Below are positions 46,827-55,879 of a DNA stretch of 55,879 nt, in pieces. The stretch lies in assembly GCA_041673665.1 (NCBI GenBank), contig JBAYXF010000001.1, positions 1 to 55,879 on the forward strand, given 5' to 3'. Under the pieces are notes generated by a model. That model did no database searches. It saw only the letters and a list, made by a program, of their open reading frames with translations, and was not told the origin of the DNA. Source of the DNA: Alphaproteobacteria bacterium (lineage in GTDB: Bacteria > Pseudomonadota > Alphaproteobacteria > Rs-D84). The position numbers and the translations under genes are program-made. Positions within the stretch are counted from its first letter, which is position 1. Each line of letters opens with the position of its first letter.

Positions 46827-47680
46827 TTTTTATCTTTCTTTGCCATTGGATGATGAACAAATACGGCTTCTTTTAACTTTTCTGGCATTACGTGGGTATA
46901 AATTTGTGTTGTTGCTATGTCCTCGTGTCCCAACATCATTTGGATTGCGCGTAAATTTGCCCCATTTGCAAGCAGGTGTGATGCAAACGAATGCCTTAAA
47001 ACGTGCGGACTGACACGGCTGGGCGAAATGCCGGATAAAACCGCGCATTTTTTTAGAATTTTGCAAAACCCATCACGTGTAATATGCCCAGTTTTAGACA
47101 CAGATGGGAAAATATATTTAGATTTTTCCCCTCCGCGTATTTCTAGCCATTTTTCCAATGCTGCTTGGGCACCGGAATGCATAGGAACCATTCGTTCTTT
47201 TGCACCTTTGCCGTGAATCAATAATTTATCGCCAAGTATAGCGGCCATGGGAAGTTCGCACAACTCGGAAACACGCAGCCCCGAAGCATATAATAATTCC
47301 ATCATTGCCCGCAGACGTACAGAATTTCTGGTGTCGCCAGCATTAGAAATCAATAACTCTATTTCGTGCTCGGTTAAAAACTTTGGTAATTTCTTTTGTT
47401 TTTTTGGCAGTTCCAGCCCATCTGACGGATTGTCACGAATTATTTTTTCAGTCGCTAAAAATTTGTAAAAACCACGTAATGCACTGGTCTTTCTGGCAAT
47501 AGATGCGGGCGTTTCATGCAGATTGGCCAGATACTTTTGCAGCTGGGATTTATTTGCAGATGACAGGGCCCCAATGGCTTCGCTTGCCATGCGCAGATCG
47601 CGACCATATGCTTCTAGTGTTTTAGCACTGCGACCTTTTTCAGCTGCCAACATTTCCAAGAATATTTCAATATGATTCAT
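46823..47680 (-). CDS. xerD: Tyrosine recombinase XerD
   Basis: N-terminal SAM-like region FLEMLAAEKGRSAKTLEAYGRDL. Catalytic region is LRHSFASHLL...MLGHEDIATTQIYTHV. Confidence 0.85.
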   Translation of the reverse strand: MNHIEIFLEMLAAEKGRSAKTLEAYGRDLRMASEAIGALSSANKSQLQKYLANLHETPASIARKTSALRGFYKFLATEKIIRDNPSDGLELPKKQKKLPKFLTEHEIELLISNAGDTRNSVRLRAMMELLYASGLRVSELCELPMAAILGDKLLIHGKGAKERMVPMHSGAQAALEKWLEIRGGEKSKYIFPSVSKTGHITRDGFCKILKKCAVLSGISPSRVSPHVLRHSFASHLLANGANLRAIQMMLGHEDIATTQIYTHVMPEKLKEAVFVHHPMAKKDKK

Positions 47681-47802
47681 TTTAAAACGACTTCGGTGAC
47701 ATTACGTATGGGTGGAAATGATATTATCATTAAAACCAATAATGTCGCGATTAATATAATCAATAACCATTTTTTAAAATTAGTTTTTTTGTTTTTTCTC
47801 AT
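47677..47802 (-). CDS. Small membrane peptide, 41 aa (not in the supplied ORF track)
   Basis: My own translation is MRKNKKTNFKKWLLIILIATLLVLMIISFPPIRNVTEVVLK. The ATG lies 1 nt after the lptG-like stop and its TGA overlaps the xerD ATG (ATGA). It has a basic N-terminus and one TM helix. Confidence 0.35.
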   Translation of the reverse strand: MRKNKKTNFKKWLLIILIATLLVLMIISFPPIRNVTEVVLK

Positions 47803-47803
47803 T

Positions 47804-48871
47804 TTATATTGCCTCGAATGATACAATCCACATTGCTGCGAAAGTAGTTATAATAAGTGGTGGTAATCCCGCGGCCAGAATCGTTGGTAGTGCGCCGCTG
47901 GTGCCCAATGCACTGAATACATTCATAACAAAATATAATACAAAACATACCATAATTCCCATGCTAAATTTCATCCCAAAAGAAAAATTTCTGCGTTCGC
48001 GAGTTTGCGAAAATGCAGTCCCAAGGGTTGTCATTGCGATCAGTGTTAATGGTAAAAATAGCAGCGTCCAAAACTGGGTTAAATGTGCACGAACAGGCAG
48101 ACCTATTTGTTGCATGTTTCTTATCATTTTTGGCAGTCGCCAAAATGATACTTGGTCAGGCTTAAGATGTTTTTCAAGAAAGTTTTTTGGTGTTGCCTGG
48201 GAAAAATGAGACCAACTTTCCATTTGTGATGGTATACCATCTGTGCCAAAGACACGGGCAGATTTTGCAGAAATTTCACCGTCTGACATTACAAGTTCTT
48301 TGGTTTCAACCCGTTGTAAAAATTTTAAATTAACATCTTGTAATAATACTGAAACATTAGAAAAAATAAGATTACCATTCTTTGCTTGTTTTACAACTTT
48401 GGCGCGCATAATGAACGATCCGTCTTTCCCAGACTCGTGAACCCATATTGCATTATCTGAAAGATTAAAATTATCTATGTCTATATTTATGGAATTTTTT
48501 TTGACTGCGTATGGATTTACAACACACGTAGTAAACATCCCGATAAAAAAGGCAGTAAATAAAAAAGGTTTAATTTTTTGCCATGGTGATAATCCAGCCC
48601 CAGAAATAATTACCGATTCGGAAGATTTTGTTAAATTATAAGACGTAAGCAGGGTTCCCATAAATACGGCAATGGGTAGAAATATAGGGATGTATTCCAG
48701 TAAACTAAAAAAAGAAACATTTGCTGCAGCAAGTGCAGTCCCTTCGCGGGGCAGTTTTTCTACAAAAGTTATAGCAAATATAATTCCCGATATAATCAAC
48801 AAAACCAGGCCCAGCCCAGATAAAAATCGTTTAGATAGGAATACTGTTAAAATTTTTGGCTTTATTCTCAT
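47804..48871 (-). CDS. lptG: LPS export ABC transporter permease (LptF/LptG family)
   Basis: 355 aa with YjgP/YjgQ topology: TM helices flanking a periplasmic beta-jellyroll region. The N-terminus resembles LptG (..FAITFVEKL). Confidence 0.6.
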   Translation of the reverse strand: MRIKPKILTVFLSKRFLSGLGLVLLIISGIIFAITFVEKLPREGTALAAANVSFFSLLEYIPIFLPIAVFMGTLLTSYNLTKSSESVIISGAGLSPWQKIKPFLFTAFFIGMFTTCVVNPYAVKKNSINIDIDNFNLSDNAIWVHESGKDGSFIMRAKVVKQAKNGNLIFSNVSVLLQDVNLKFLQRVETKELVMSDGEISAKSARVFGTDGIPSQMESWSHFSQATPKNFLEKHLKPDQVSFWRLPKMIRNMQQIGLPVRAHLTQFWTLLFLPLTLIAMTTLGTAFSQTRERRNFSFGMKFSMGIMVCFVLYFVMNVFSALGTSGALPTILAAGLPPLIITTFAAMWIVSFEAI

Positions 48872-48908
48872 AATTTTTTAATTATAATCCGCATTAAAAG
48901 GAAAATCT

Positions 48909-49376
48909 ATGGAAAAAAAGCCAATATCAAAGCAGGGGTTCGAAGCATTAAATGCCGAGTTAAAGCATTTGCGTGAAGTTGATCGACCAGAAATTATCAA
49001 AGTTGTTCAATGGGCCCGGTCTTTGGGGGACTTGTCCGAAAATGCGGATTATACAGGCGCCAAAGAAAAACAACGTATTATAGATTCAAGAATAAAGTTT
49101 CTAGAAGACTATATTAAACAAGCAATGATTATTGATTTAGATACGTTGTCCGGAAATCGTATTACATTTGGTGCATCTGTTGTTGCCGAAGATTCAGATG
49201 GTAATTTAATGCAATGCAAAATTTTGTCTGATGTAGAGGCTGATGGCAAAGCTGTTATTGCTTGCACCAGTCCAGTTGGACGATCCTTTATTGGAAAATG
49301 TGTTGGGGATACTTGTTTGGTTCATACCCCAAGTGGCGAAAAAGAGTATGAAATAATAGAGGTAAAGTTTAAATAA
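48909..49376 (+). CDS. greA: Transcription elongation factor GreA
   Basis: GDLSENADYTGAKEKQ coiled-coil tip motif and a C-terminal FKBP-like domain. Confidence 0.93.
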   Translation: MEKKPISKQGFEALNAELKHLREVDRPEIIKVVQWARSLGDLSENADYTGAKEKQRIIDSRIKFLEDYIKQAMIIDLDTLSGNRITFGASVVAEDSDGNLMQCKILSDVEADGKAVIACTSPVGRSFIGKCVGDTCLVHTPSGEKEYEIIEVKFK

Positions 49377-49377
49377 A

Positions 49378-51039
49378 ATGTCAGTTCGCATATTACCTGA
49401 TTTTTTAATAAATCAAATCGCCGCAGGCGAGGTGGTCGAACGTCCAGCCAGCGTTGTAAAAGAACTGGTTGAAAATGCGCTGGATGCCGGCGCGGATCAA
49501 ATAGTTGTTGATGTTATTGATGGGGGCAGAACCCTTATATCTGTTATTGATAACGGACGGGGGATGGACAGAACAGATTTAGCAAACAGTATAAAACGCC
49601 ATGCCACCAGCAAATTACCGTCGGACGATTTGTTAAATATAAACTTTATGGGTTTTCGCGGCGAAGCATTACCATCAATTGCCAGTGTCAGCGATATGAC
49701 AATTGACACAAATGGTTTAGTGTTAAATGCCACGACCGGCGAAATTAAACCAAGTTCTTGGGAATCAGGAACACGTATTCGCGTTGAAAATTTGTTTGCA
49801 AAAACACCGGCCAGATTAAAATTTTTACGCAGTGATCGTGCTGAAATGATGTCCGTGACAGAGGTTGTAAAACGCTTGGCCATGGCGCGACCAGATGTTG
49901 GATTTACACTAAATAATAAATGGCGCTTTTCAAAGGGACAACCTTTGATTGAAAGAGTTATTGCGGTTATTGGTGATGAAGCAGAAGGCCGTATGTTGGA
50001 AATAAATCATGAAAGTAATGGCTTAAAAATTTATGGGTTTTCATCAGAACCAACATTTAGGAAAGCATCATCCATAGATCAATATTTATTTGTAAATGGC
50101 CGCCCTGTAAAAGATAAAGTTTTAATTGGCGCATTACGTGCAGCCTATATGGACGTTATGCATGCACGTGAATTTCCGTTATGTGCGTTATATCTGAATA
50201 TATCCCCACGCGAAGTTGATGTGAATGTATCCCCGTCCAAGACCGAGGTTCATTTTCTAGAACCGGCCCATGTTCGTGGATTTATAATTAAAACATTGCG
50301 AAATGCTTTGGCTGTACCAATGGCCGAATTTGTGCCCCAGGGTGAAATTCCAACGCCTATATTAAATCATCAACAAATGTTTAATCATAACGACGATTTT
50401 TTTCTTGTTCGTGAAATGGGAAAAGAAAAGATCCAGCCACAAAAAAATGAAAATAATTGCCTTCAATCTTCGTCTTTTCCATTGGGTCGGGTAATTGGTC
50501 AGATTGGTAACAAGTATATTTTATCAGAAAGCGAAAAAGGATTGATAATAACTGATCAGCATGCAGCACATGAAAGAATTACATATGAAAAATTAAGAAC
50601 TCATAAAATTAAAACGCAAAGTTTATTGGTTCCAATGGTTATTAAATTAAAGCCCGAAGAAGTATCAGCTGTTTTAGAAGTATTAGAAGAATTGCAAGAA
50701 AGCGGGTTGGTCTTGTCTGAATTTGGCGAAGATTCTATAGCAATTAATGAAAAGCCGGCAGATTGGGATTTAGATTGGGCAGCATTATTAAAAAATATCG
50801 CGGCCGAGGTTTTGTCAAACGGGCATTCGTCCCAGCTGAATGAAAAACTGCATTTGAAACTGGCGAATTATGCGTGTCATCATTCGGTGCGGGCAGGGCA
50901 AAGATTAACCCAAGAATCAATGGATTCCTTATTACGCGATATTGAACAGACCGAAAGGGGCGGGGAATGCAATCATGGTCGTCCAGTTTATAAATTGATT
51001 TCTTTCGCCGAATTAGATGGTTGGTTTGAAAGAATCTGA
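49378..51039 (+). CDS. mutL: DNA mismatch repair protein MutL (endonuclease-type)
   Basis: GHKL N-terminus (NQIAAGEVVERPASVVKELVENALDAGA). C-terminal endonuclease motifs are DQHAAHERITYE, ACHHSVRAG and CNHGRP. Confidence 0.95.
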   Translation: MSVRILPDFLINQIAAGEVVERPASVVKELVENALDAGADQIVVDVIDGGRTLISVIDNGRGMDRTDLANSIKRHATSKLPSDDLLNINFMGFRGEALPSIASVSDMTIDTNGLVLNATTGEIKPSSWESGTRIRVENLFAKTPARLKFLRSDRAEMMSVTEVVKRLAMARPDVGFTLNNKWRFSKGQPLIERVIAVIGDEAEGRMLEINHESNGLKIYGFSSEPTFRKASSIDQYLFVNGRPVKDKVLIGALRAAYMDVMHAREFPLCALYLNISPREVDVNVSPSKTEVHFLEPAHVRGFIIKTLRNALAVPMAEFVPQGEIPTPILNHQQMFNHNDDFFLVREMGKEKIQPQKNENNCLQSSSFPLGRVIGQIGNKYILSESEKGLIITDQHAAHERITYEKLRTHKIKTQSLLVPMVIKLKPEEVSAVLEVLEELQESGLVLSEFGEDSIAINEKPADWDLDWAALLKNIAAEVLSNGHSSQLNEKLHLKLANYACHHSVRAGQRLTQESMDSLLRDIEQTERGGECNHGRPVYKLISFAELDGWFERI

Positions 51040-51113
51040 TAACCGCTAAATTTCTATTTACAAAACCCTAAATTTTTACTATAAATCGTTCATAAACCAA
51101 GGAGAAAACTTAT

Positions 51114-51413
51114 ATGAATACAGATGTTATGAACACCGTAATGCCACCAGCGCCAAAAAATGATGTTTGGGGCATGGTTATTTATTGTGCTATTATTTTC
51201 GGAATTATTTATTTCTTTATGATTATGCCAAACAAGCGCCGTATGAAAGAATATCAAAAAATGGTAGACGGCTTAAAGGTTGGTAATCGTATTTTAGCCG
51301 CAGGTATATATGGTACAATTAAAAAAATTGGTGAAAAAACCATAGAGCTTGAAGTTGCCAAAGGCGTAGTCATAGAAGTTTCAAAAAACGCAGTTGCAAA
51401 TATAGAAAAATAA
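51114..51413 (+). CDS. yajC: Preprotein translocase subunit YajC
   Basis: Single TM helix then MPNKRRMKEYQKM..LKVGNRILAAGIYGTI. SD aaggag lies upstream, and the gene lies upstream of secDF. Confidence 0.88.
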   Translation: MNTDVMNTVMPPAPKNDVWGMVIYCAIIFGIIYFFMIMPNKRRMKEYQKMVDGLKVGNRILAAGIYGTIKKIGEKTIELEVAKGVVIEVSKNAVANIEK

Positions 51414-51435
51414 ATTTTAAATCAAGGCTTTTGTT

Positions 51436-52992
51436 ATGCTGAAAAAAATCGTAATAATACTGGTTGCTGTATTCGGTGTATTGTTGGCTGTACCAACAAT
51501 GTTTCCAAATTCAGCAAAACATTTCCCATCTTGGATACAGCCAATATCTTTGGGATTGGATCTGAAAGGTGGCGCGCAATTATTGTTAGAAGTTGATACA
51601 GATACAATGTTGCATGAAAAGTCTGTTCAATTGTATGACGAAGCGCGTACAGCAATGATCAATCGTGATAAGGGTGTTATTCGTTTTTCAGATTTGCGTA
51701 ATATAAATGGCACAGTATCTTTGGTTGTTCGTAGCAAGGACGATATTTCCAAAGCGCGCGGTCGTCTGCGCAGTGAATTGGGCGAAGGTGTGGATATAAA
51801 TGTAGATGGCAGCAAAGTAACATTATCATATTCTGAAAAACAACGTGCTCAAATTATAGAAGATGCGTTATCGCGCAGTATTGAAATTGTTCGTCGTCGT
51901 ATTGATGCGCTGGGAACAAAAGAGCCGTCAATTCAATCACAGGGCGGAAAATACATATTGGTTCAATTGCCTGGTGTTGATAATCCAGAACGTATAAAAG
52001 AATTAATTGGTCAAACAGCAAAAATGACTTTTCATTTGGTAAATGAAGATATTTCGGCCGATCAAATGGCACATGGTCATGCGCCCAGCGGAACAGAATT
52101 TTTGCCATTGATGAATATGCCGAGTCAGGTTGTGCCTGTTTATTCGCGCGTAGAGGTTTCCGGGGAATCATTAACTGATTCCAAGGCTGATTTGGATCAA
52201 CAAAATAATATGCCTGTTGTTACAACGGTATTTGATTCAACAGGCGCGCGTAAGTTTGCGCGTTTAACAACAGAACATGTTGGTGAAAGATTTGCAATTG
52301 TTTTGGATGGCAAGGTTTTGTCTGCCCCAAATATTCGTGAACCAATCCCAGGTGGTCGTGGTCAAATTTCCGGTGGATTTACTTTGCAAGAAGCGAAAGA
52401 TTTGGCCGTTCTTTTACGCAGTGGTGCATTGCCAGCGCCATTACGCGTTATAGAAGAACGCTCGGTTGGTGCCGGTTTGGGTGCGGACACAATTGCGGCC
52501 GGGAAACTGGGCAGTATAATTGGCGCCGCATTTATTATGCTATTTATGTTGCTGATTTATCGTGGGTTTGGAATTAATGCCGATGTTGTTTTATTGGTTA
52601 ATTTGATGACGATAGTTGGAATATCTGCATTGCTGGGTGCAACCTTGACGTTGCCGGGAATTGCCGGGATAACATTAACATTGGGTATGGCAGTTGATGC
52701 GAATATTCTGCCGTTTGAACGAATTCGTGATGAACTGCGTACAGGGGCATCCCCATTACGTGCAGTTGATATCGGATTTGATCGTGCACTTAAAACAGTT
52801 ATTGATGCGAATTTAACCACGCTTATTTGCGCATTGGTTTTATTCCAATTCGGTGCAGGGCCAATTCGTGGTTTTGCAGTAACTTTGTCTATTGGTATTA
52901 TTACGACTTTGTTTACCTGTATCCCGTTATCAAAGATGCTGATAGATTTTCAGATGAAAGGAAAAAATAGAAAAGTTGGTTTTGAAAAATAA
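51436..52992 (+). CDS. secD: Protein translocase subunit SecD
   Basis: LGLDLKGG, a large periplasmic domain, and a C-terminal 6-TM RND-like bundle. Confidence 0.95.
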   Translation: MLKKIVIILVAVFGVLLAVPTMFPNSAKHFPSWIQPISLGLDLKGGAQLLLEVDTDTMLHEKSVQLYDEARTAMINRDKGVIRFSDLRNINGTVSLVVRSKDDISKARGRLRSELGEGVDINVDGSKVTLSYSEKQRAQIIEDALSRSIEIVRRRIDALGTKEPSIQSQGGKYILVQLPGVDNPERIKELIGQTAKMTFHLVNEDISADQMAHGHAPSGTEFLPLMNMPSQVVPVYSRVEVSGESLTDSKADLDQQNNMPVVTTVFDSTGARKFARLTTEHVGERFAIVLDGKVLSAPNIREPIPGGRGQISGGFTLQEAKDLAVLLRSGALPAPLRVIEERSVGAGLGADTIAAGKLGSIIGAAFIMLFMLLIYRGFGINADVVLLVNLMTIVGISALLGATLTLPGIAGITLTLGMAVDANILPFERIRDELRTGASPLRAVDIGFDRALKTVIDANLTTLICALVLFQFGAGPIRGFAVTLSIGIITTLFTCIPLSKMLIDFQMKGKNRKVGFEK

Positions 52993-53003
52993 AGGATTTA
53001 GTT

Positions 53004-53864
53004 ATGCAATTGCATTTTATGAAATATCGTAAATTATCGTATTGGATTTCGGGCGCGTTGGTTTTGATATCAATTTTATCACTCGGTTTTCGTGGTTTAA
53101 ATTATGGTATTGATTTTGCAGGTGGAATTTCTATGGAGGTTTCATCAAAAGCATCTGATTATACAATTGATAAAATGCGTAAAGATTTGGCCGCGTTCAA
53201 GCCAGAGTTGCAATCTGTATCAGGCGGAAATGTTTTGGTCCGCATAGGTCTGGAAAAGGGCGCCAGCGAAGACATGCAAAACAAGGCAGTTGCAGATATA
53301 AAAAATATCTTTGGCGATCGTGTCTCTTATAATCAGGTTCAAATTGTTGGTCCAAAAATAGGTGGGGAACTTATTCGTGGTGGTATATTGGCTGTATTGT
53401 TTTCGTTCTTGTTGATGAGCCTTTATGTTTGGATAAGGTATAAGGGCGGATATGCTGTTGGGTCTTTGATCTCACTGGTTTTGGACTTTATCTTGATGTT
53501 TGGATTTTTCAGCGTTATTGGAATGGAATTTAATCAAACATCTATTGCGGTTATTTTAATGGGTATAGGATATTCTATAAATGATAAAGTTGTGAACTAT
53601 GACCGAATAGAAGAAAACGCAAAACGTTATCATAAAATGCCACAAGGCGAGTTAATAGATTTATCCGTAAATGAAATGTTGCGTAGAACAGTTTTGACCA
53701 GCACAACTACGTTGCTTGGTATGATTGCCTTGTATTTATTTAGTGGTTCTGCTTTGCAGGACTTTTCTCTGTCCATGATTTTTGCTATAATTATGGGGAC
53801 ACTGACATCCGTTTACATTTCTAATGTTGTTCTGTATCACTTTGATTTAAGAAAGGATAATTAA
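53004..53864 (+). CDS. secF: Protein translocase subunit SecF
   Basis: GIDFAGG motif and 6-TM topology, adjacent to secD. Confidence 0.93.
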   Translation: MQLHFMKYRKLSYWISGALVLISILSLGFRGLNYGIDFAGGISMEVSSKASDYTIDKMRKDLAAFKPELQSVSGGNVLVRIGLEKGASEDMQNKAVADIKNIFGDRVSYNQVQIVGPKIGGELIRGGILAVLFSFLLMSLYVWIRYKGGYAVGSLISLVLDFILMFGFFSVIGMEFNQTSIAVILMGIGYSINDKVVNYDRIEENAKRYHKMPQGELIDLSVNEMLRRTVLTSTTTLLGMIALYLFSGSALQDFSLSMIFAIIMGTLTSVYISNVVLYHFDLRKDN

Positions 53865-53888
53865 GGACAATAAAGGGAAGGAGAAAAA

Positions 53889-55394
53889 ATGAGAAAGTTA
53901 TTTTTAATAGTTGCATTTTGTTTTTTGCCCTTTATTGCATCGGCATCTGATTTTTTTGACCCAGAAATATCAGTGATAGACGGCATCAAAGTACATGAAA
54001 CTTCCGCATTTTTTGCAGAGGTTTTTGAAAAGTTATCAGATGCAGATTTTGCGGGGAAAGATATCAGAACCGCCATAGAGTCTTTAGAGACTTTATCCCC
54101 AGGTGTTAAAATTGCTACAACTGATAGTCGTATAGTAATTGTTCATGCTGGTGATATGATTGGAAATTGGCCACGTCCGTCGGATAACGACTGGAAGGGG
54201 TTGGGGGAAATTACAACAGCGTTATTGTTAAAGATACGTGAATCAGACCCAAAGATTGCTGAACAGTCTGGGGATATTTTTGGCTCTGTGGCTGTTGATA
54301 CAATTATACATTCTTTGGATAAAAATGGACGTTATGTTACATCAATAAAAATTGATGATGGTAAAATTTTAACCAGTGCGGGGTTGCAGGGTAAGCGTGA
54401 CCAGTTGGGTAATTGGCGTGTCGAGGGCGTAGTAAGAGATTCCCAAGCAGATGAATCTGGAATAAAAGAGAGCGATTTAATTGTTGGGATAAACGGAAAA
54501 GATATTAAAAGTATGTCTGATTCTGAATTAGCGGCAACATTCGAAGGATTAAATTCTGGAACATTAAAGCTAAAAGTTGCAACACCAGCAGGAACCAAGA
54601 AAATAGTTTTGCGTCGTGCAAGTGTTATTATGGCAGATGCAGATATAATCTGGAGACAGGCTACCCCAGACCAGAAAATAAAAATTCTTGAAATCGTAGT
54701 TTATAATGTGTCTGAAAATTCAGTTGCTATAATAAACGAAGCATTACATAAATACACAGAAGCATCAGGAATAATTTTAGATATGCGAATTGCACATGGC
54801 GGTGATGAGCGTGCAGCTGCGAAGTTGTCCGGATTATTTTTAGGTGCAGTACCAATTATGCGTATTGATGATGGGGGAAAGGAAGAACTGGAAGTAATCC
54901 CAGGAGGGGCCGCCATAACAGATGTACCCGTTGTGGTTTTACTGTCTAATCAGACCCAGGGAACAGCCGAAGCAATTGCGCTTGCCTTTAATGATAATGC
55001 CCGTGGTGTATTGGTTGGAACACCGACAGCAGCAAATGCAAAATTGGTTAAAAAAACAGAATTATCAAATGGGGCTGCGCTTGAAATAGGAAGTCGCAGC
55101 ATTAAAAGCGGTCGTGGCACTATGATTGATGAACGTGGGGTTTTCCCGTTAGTTTGCTTGTCTAATATCAGAAATGACATTCAACAAAATGCGTTCTTTG
55201 TGAATATTCTTAATGGGGACTTTAATGCTATAAACTTTAATGGCGATGAATCTGCAGATGCAAGCGCCATCAGAAAAGGGTGCCCAAATATAAAATCTGG
55301 TGAAGACGAAGATGCTGTTGCATTGGCTGTATCAATAGAACTTTTGACCGATAAAAAGGCATATAAAAAATTACTGGAAAATGTTTCTAAATAA
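53889..55394 (+). CDS. S41 (C-terminal processing peptidase)-like periplasmic protein with PDZ domain; catalytic dyad apparently not conserved
   Basis: Signal peptide, a PDZ-like segment (VVRDSQADESGIKESDLIVGINGKDI) and an S41 core (IILDMRIAHGG, PVVVLLSNQTQGTAEAIALAFNDNARGVLVGTPT). The SASASE and FGKG catalytic motifs are replaced. Confidence 0.62.
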   Translation: MRKLFLIVAFCFLPFIASASDFFDPEISVIDGIKVHETSAFFAEVFEKLSDADFAGKDIRTAIESLETLSPGVKIATTDSRIVIVHAGDMIGNWPRPSDNDWKGLGEITTALLLKIRESDPKIAEQSGDIFGSVAVDTIIHSLDKNGRYVTSIKIDDGKILTSAGLQGKRDQLGNWRVEGVVRDSQADESGIKESDLIVGINGKDIKSMSDSELAATFEGLNSGTLKLKVATPAGTKKIVLRRASVIMADADIIWRQATPDQKIKILEIVVYNVSENSVAIINEALHKYTEASGIILDMRIAHGGDERAAAKLSGLFLGAVPIMRIDDGGKEELEVIPGGAAITDVPVVVLLSNQTQGTAEAIALAFNDNARGVLVGTPTAANAKLVKKTELSNGAALEIGSRSIKSGRGTMIDERGVFPLVCLSNIRNDIQQNAFFVNILNGDFNAINFNGDESADASAIRKGCPNIKSGEDEDAVALAVSIELLTDKKAYKKLLENVSK

Positions 55395-55879
55395 AAATAA
55401 TAAACTTAAATGGAAATTAATCCTTATTTCGACCATTGTTGTAATGGCTTTGTGTCTAATAGGGGTGTTTTGGCTGGATGTTCCTCTTTTTGTTTTTATA
55501 CGGCGTTTTGATGGCATATGGTCCAAGGTGTTTGATGTTGTCTTTGCTTCTAAAATATGGATCAGATTAGCATTTTTTGCATTGGCAATAGCTTTAGTTT
55601 TTAATACCAAAAAGATTATCAGCCAAATAAAAAATCTAAAAGAATATACTTTTCGTAATTTATGGGAAAATCGTGGAAAGATTTTTAATAACAAATGGGT
55701 AATTGCATCATTTTCTGTCTTTTGTTCCGTTTTTATAGCGGGGATAATTGGTAAAATACTTAAAATTTCTATAGGGCGCATGAGACCAATATTTTTAGAA
55801 GCATTGGGTCAAACTGGTTTTTTCCCATTTACAAATGAATGGGCATTTAATTCTATGCCGTCTGGGCATGCAATTACAT
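55381..55879 (+). CDS. PAP2-family phosphatase (partial, 3' end outside the window; not in the supplied ORF track)
   Basis: My own translation from the ATG at 55381 begins MFLNKNNKLKWKLILISTIVVMALCLIGVFWLD. It continues to KILKISIGRMRP (PAP2 motif C1, KxxxxxxRP) and SMPSGHA (motif C2, PSGH). It is open to the window edge and overlaps the upstream stop by 14 nt. Confidence 0.65.
   Translation, partial: MFLNKNNKLKWKLILISTIVVMALCLIGVFWLDVPLFVFIRRFDGIWSKVFDVVFASKIWIRLAFFALAIALVFNTKKIISQIKNLKEYTFRNLWENRGKIFNNKWVIASFSVFCSVFIAGIIGKILKISIGRMRPIFLEALGQTGFFPFTNEWAFNSMPSGHAIT

Noticed and set aside
55371-55781. 136-aa minus-strand ORF listed in the track
   Set aside because: The opposite strand encodes a PAP2 phosphatase with two diagnostic motifs, so this ORF is its antisense shadow.
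1-55879. tRNA, rRNA, CRISPR arrays, IS elements/transposases, prophage or toxin-antitoxin modules
   Set aside because: Intergenic gaps are all under about 145 nt and none shows cloverleaf-like or repeat-spacer structure. No transposase or integrase-like ORF other than xerD was found. This was an inspection by eye only, so short ncRNAs cannot be excluded.

Overview
AT-rich, densely coded bacterial chromosome segment of about 56 kb. Gene content and local synteny look alphaproteobacterial, possibly from a Rickettsiales/Holosporales-like reduced genome. That placement rests on gene content only; no search was run. Most of the window is housekeeping: aspS (partial), asmA-like, uvrB, tsaE, xthA, an acyl-CoA ligase, secB, mltA, ruvC, yebC, ruvA, mnmE, recA, kdsB, kdsA, typA, serS, rluD, rsmI, engB, addB-like, lolDE, ftsQ, ftsA, xerD, lptG-like, greA, mutL, yajC, secD and secF. 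I found no rRNA, tRNA, CRISPR array or IS element.

Six things stand out.
1. Three tandem paralogous ORFs of 420-478 aa (22420-26417) each begin with a type IV prepilin-like signal (Gly at -1, Glu/Gln at +5, then a hydrophobic helix). They share a fixed-spacing internal motif and have divergent beta-rich C-terminal halves. No pilus or secretion machinery is adjacent.
2. A divergent secretin-like lipoprotein (38764-40074) sits inside the lolDE operon.
3. A 914-aa secreted protein (43528-46272) has 38 mature cysteines, repeated C-x6-C-x4-C-x6/7-C modules and two C-terminal glycine zippers. It occupies the position where ftsZ usually lies.
4. A single ORF (41649-43421) fuses FtsA to a ribulose-phosphate-3-epimerase-like domain.
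5. An MJ0042 zinc-ribbon/DUF3426 gene is split by a -1 frameshift at an A8 tract.
6. Smaller items: two ORFs missing from the supplied track (a 41-aa membrane peptide and a PAP2 phosphatase at the 3' edge), and an S41 peptidase homologue that appears to lack its catalytic dyad.

All family assignments come from motif recognition in the supplied translations, not from database searches.
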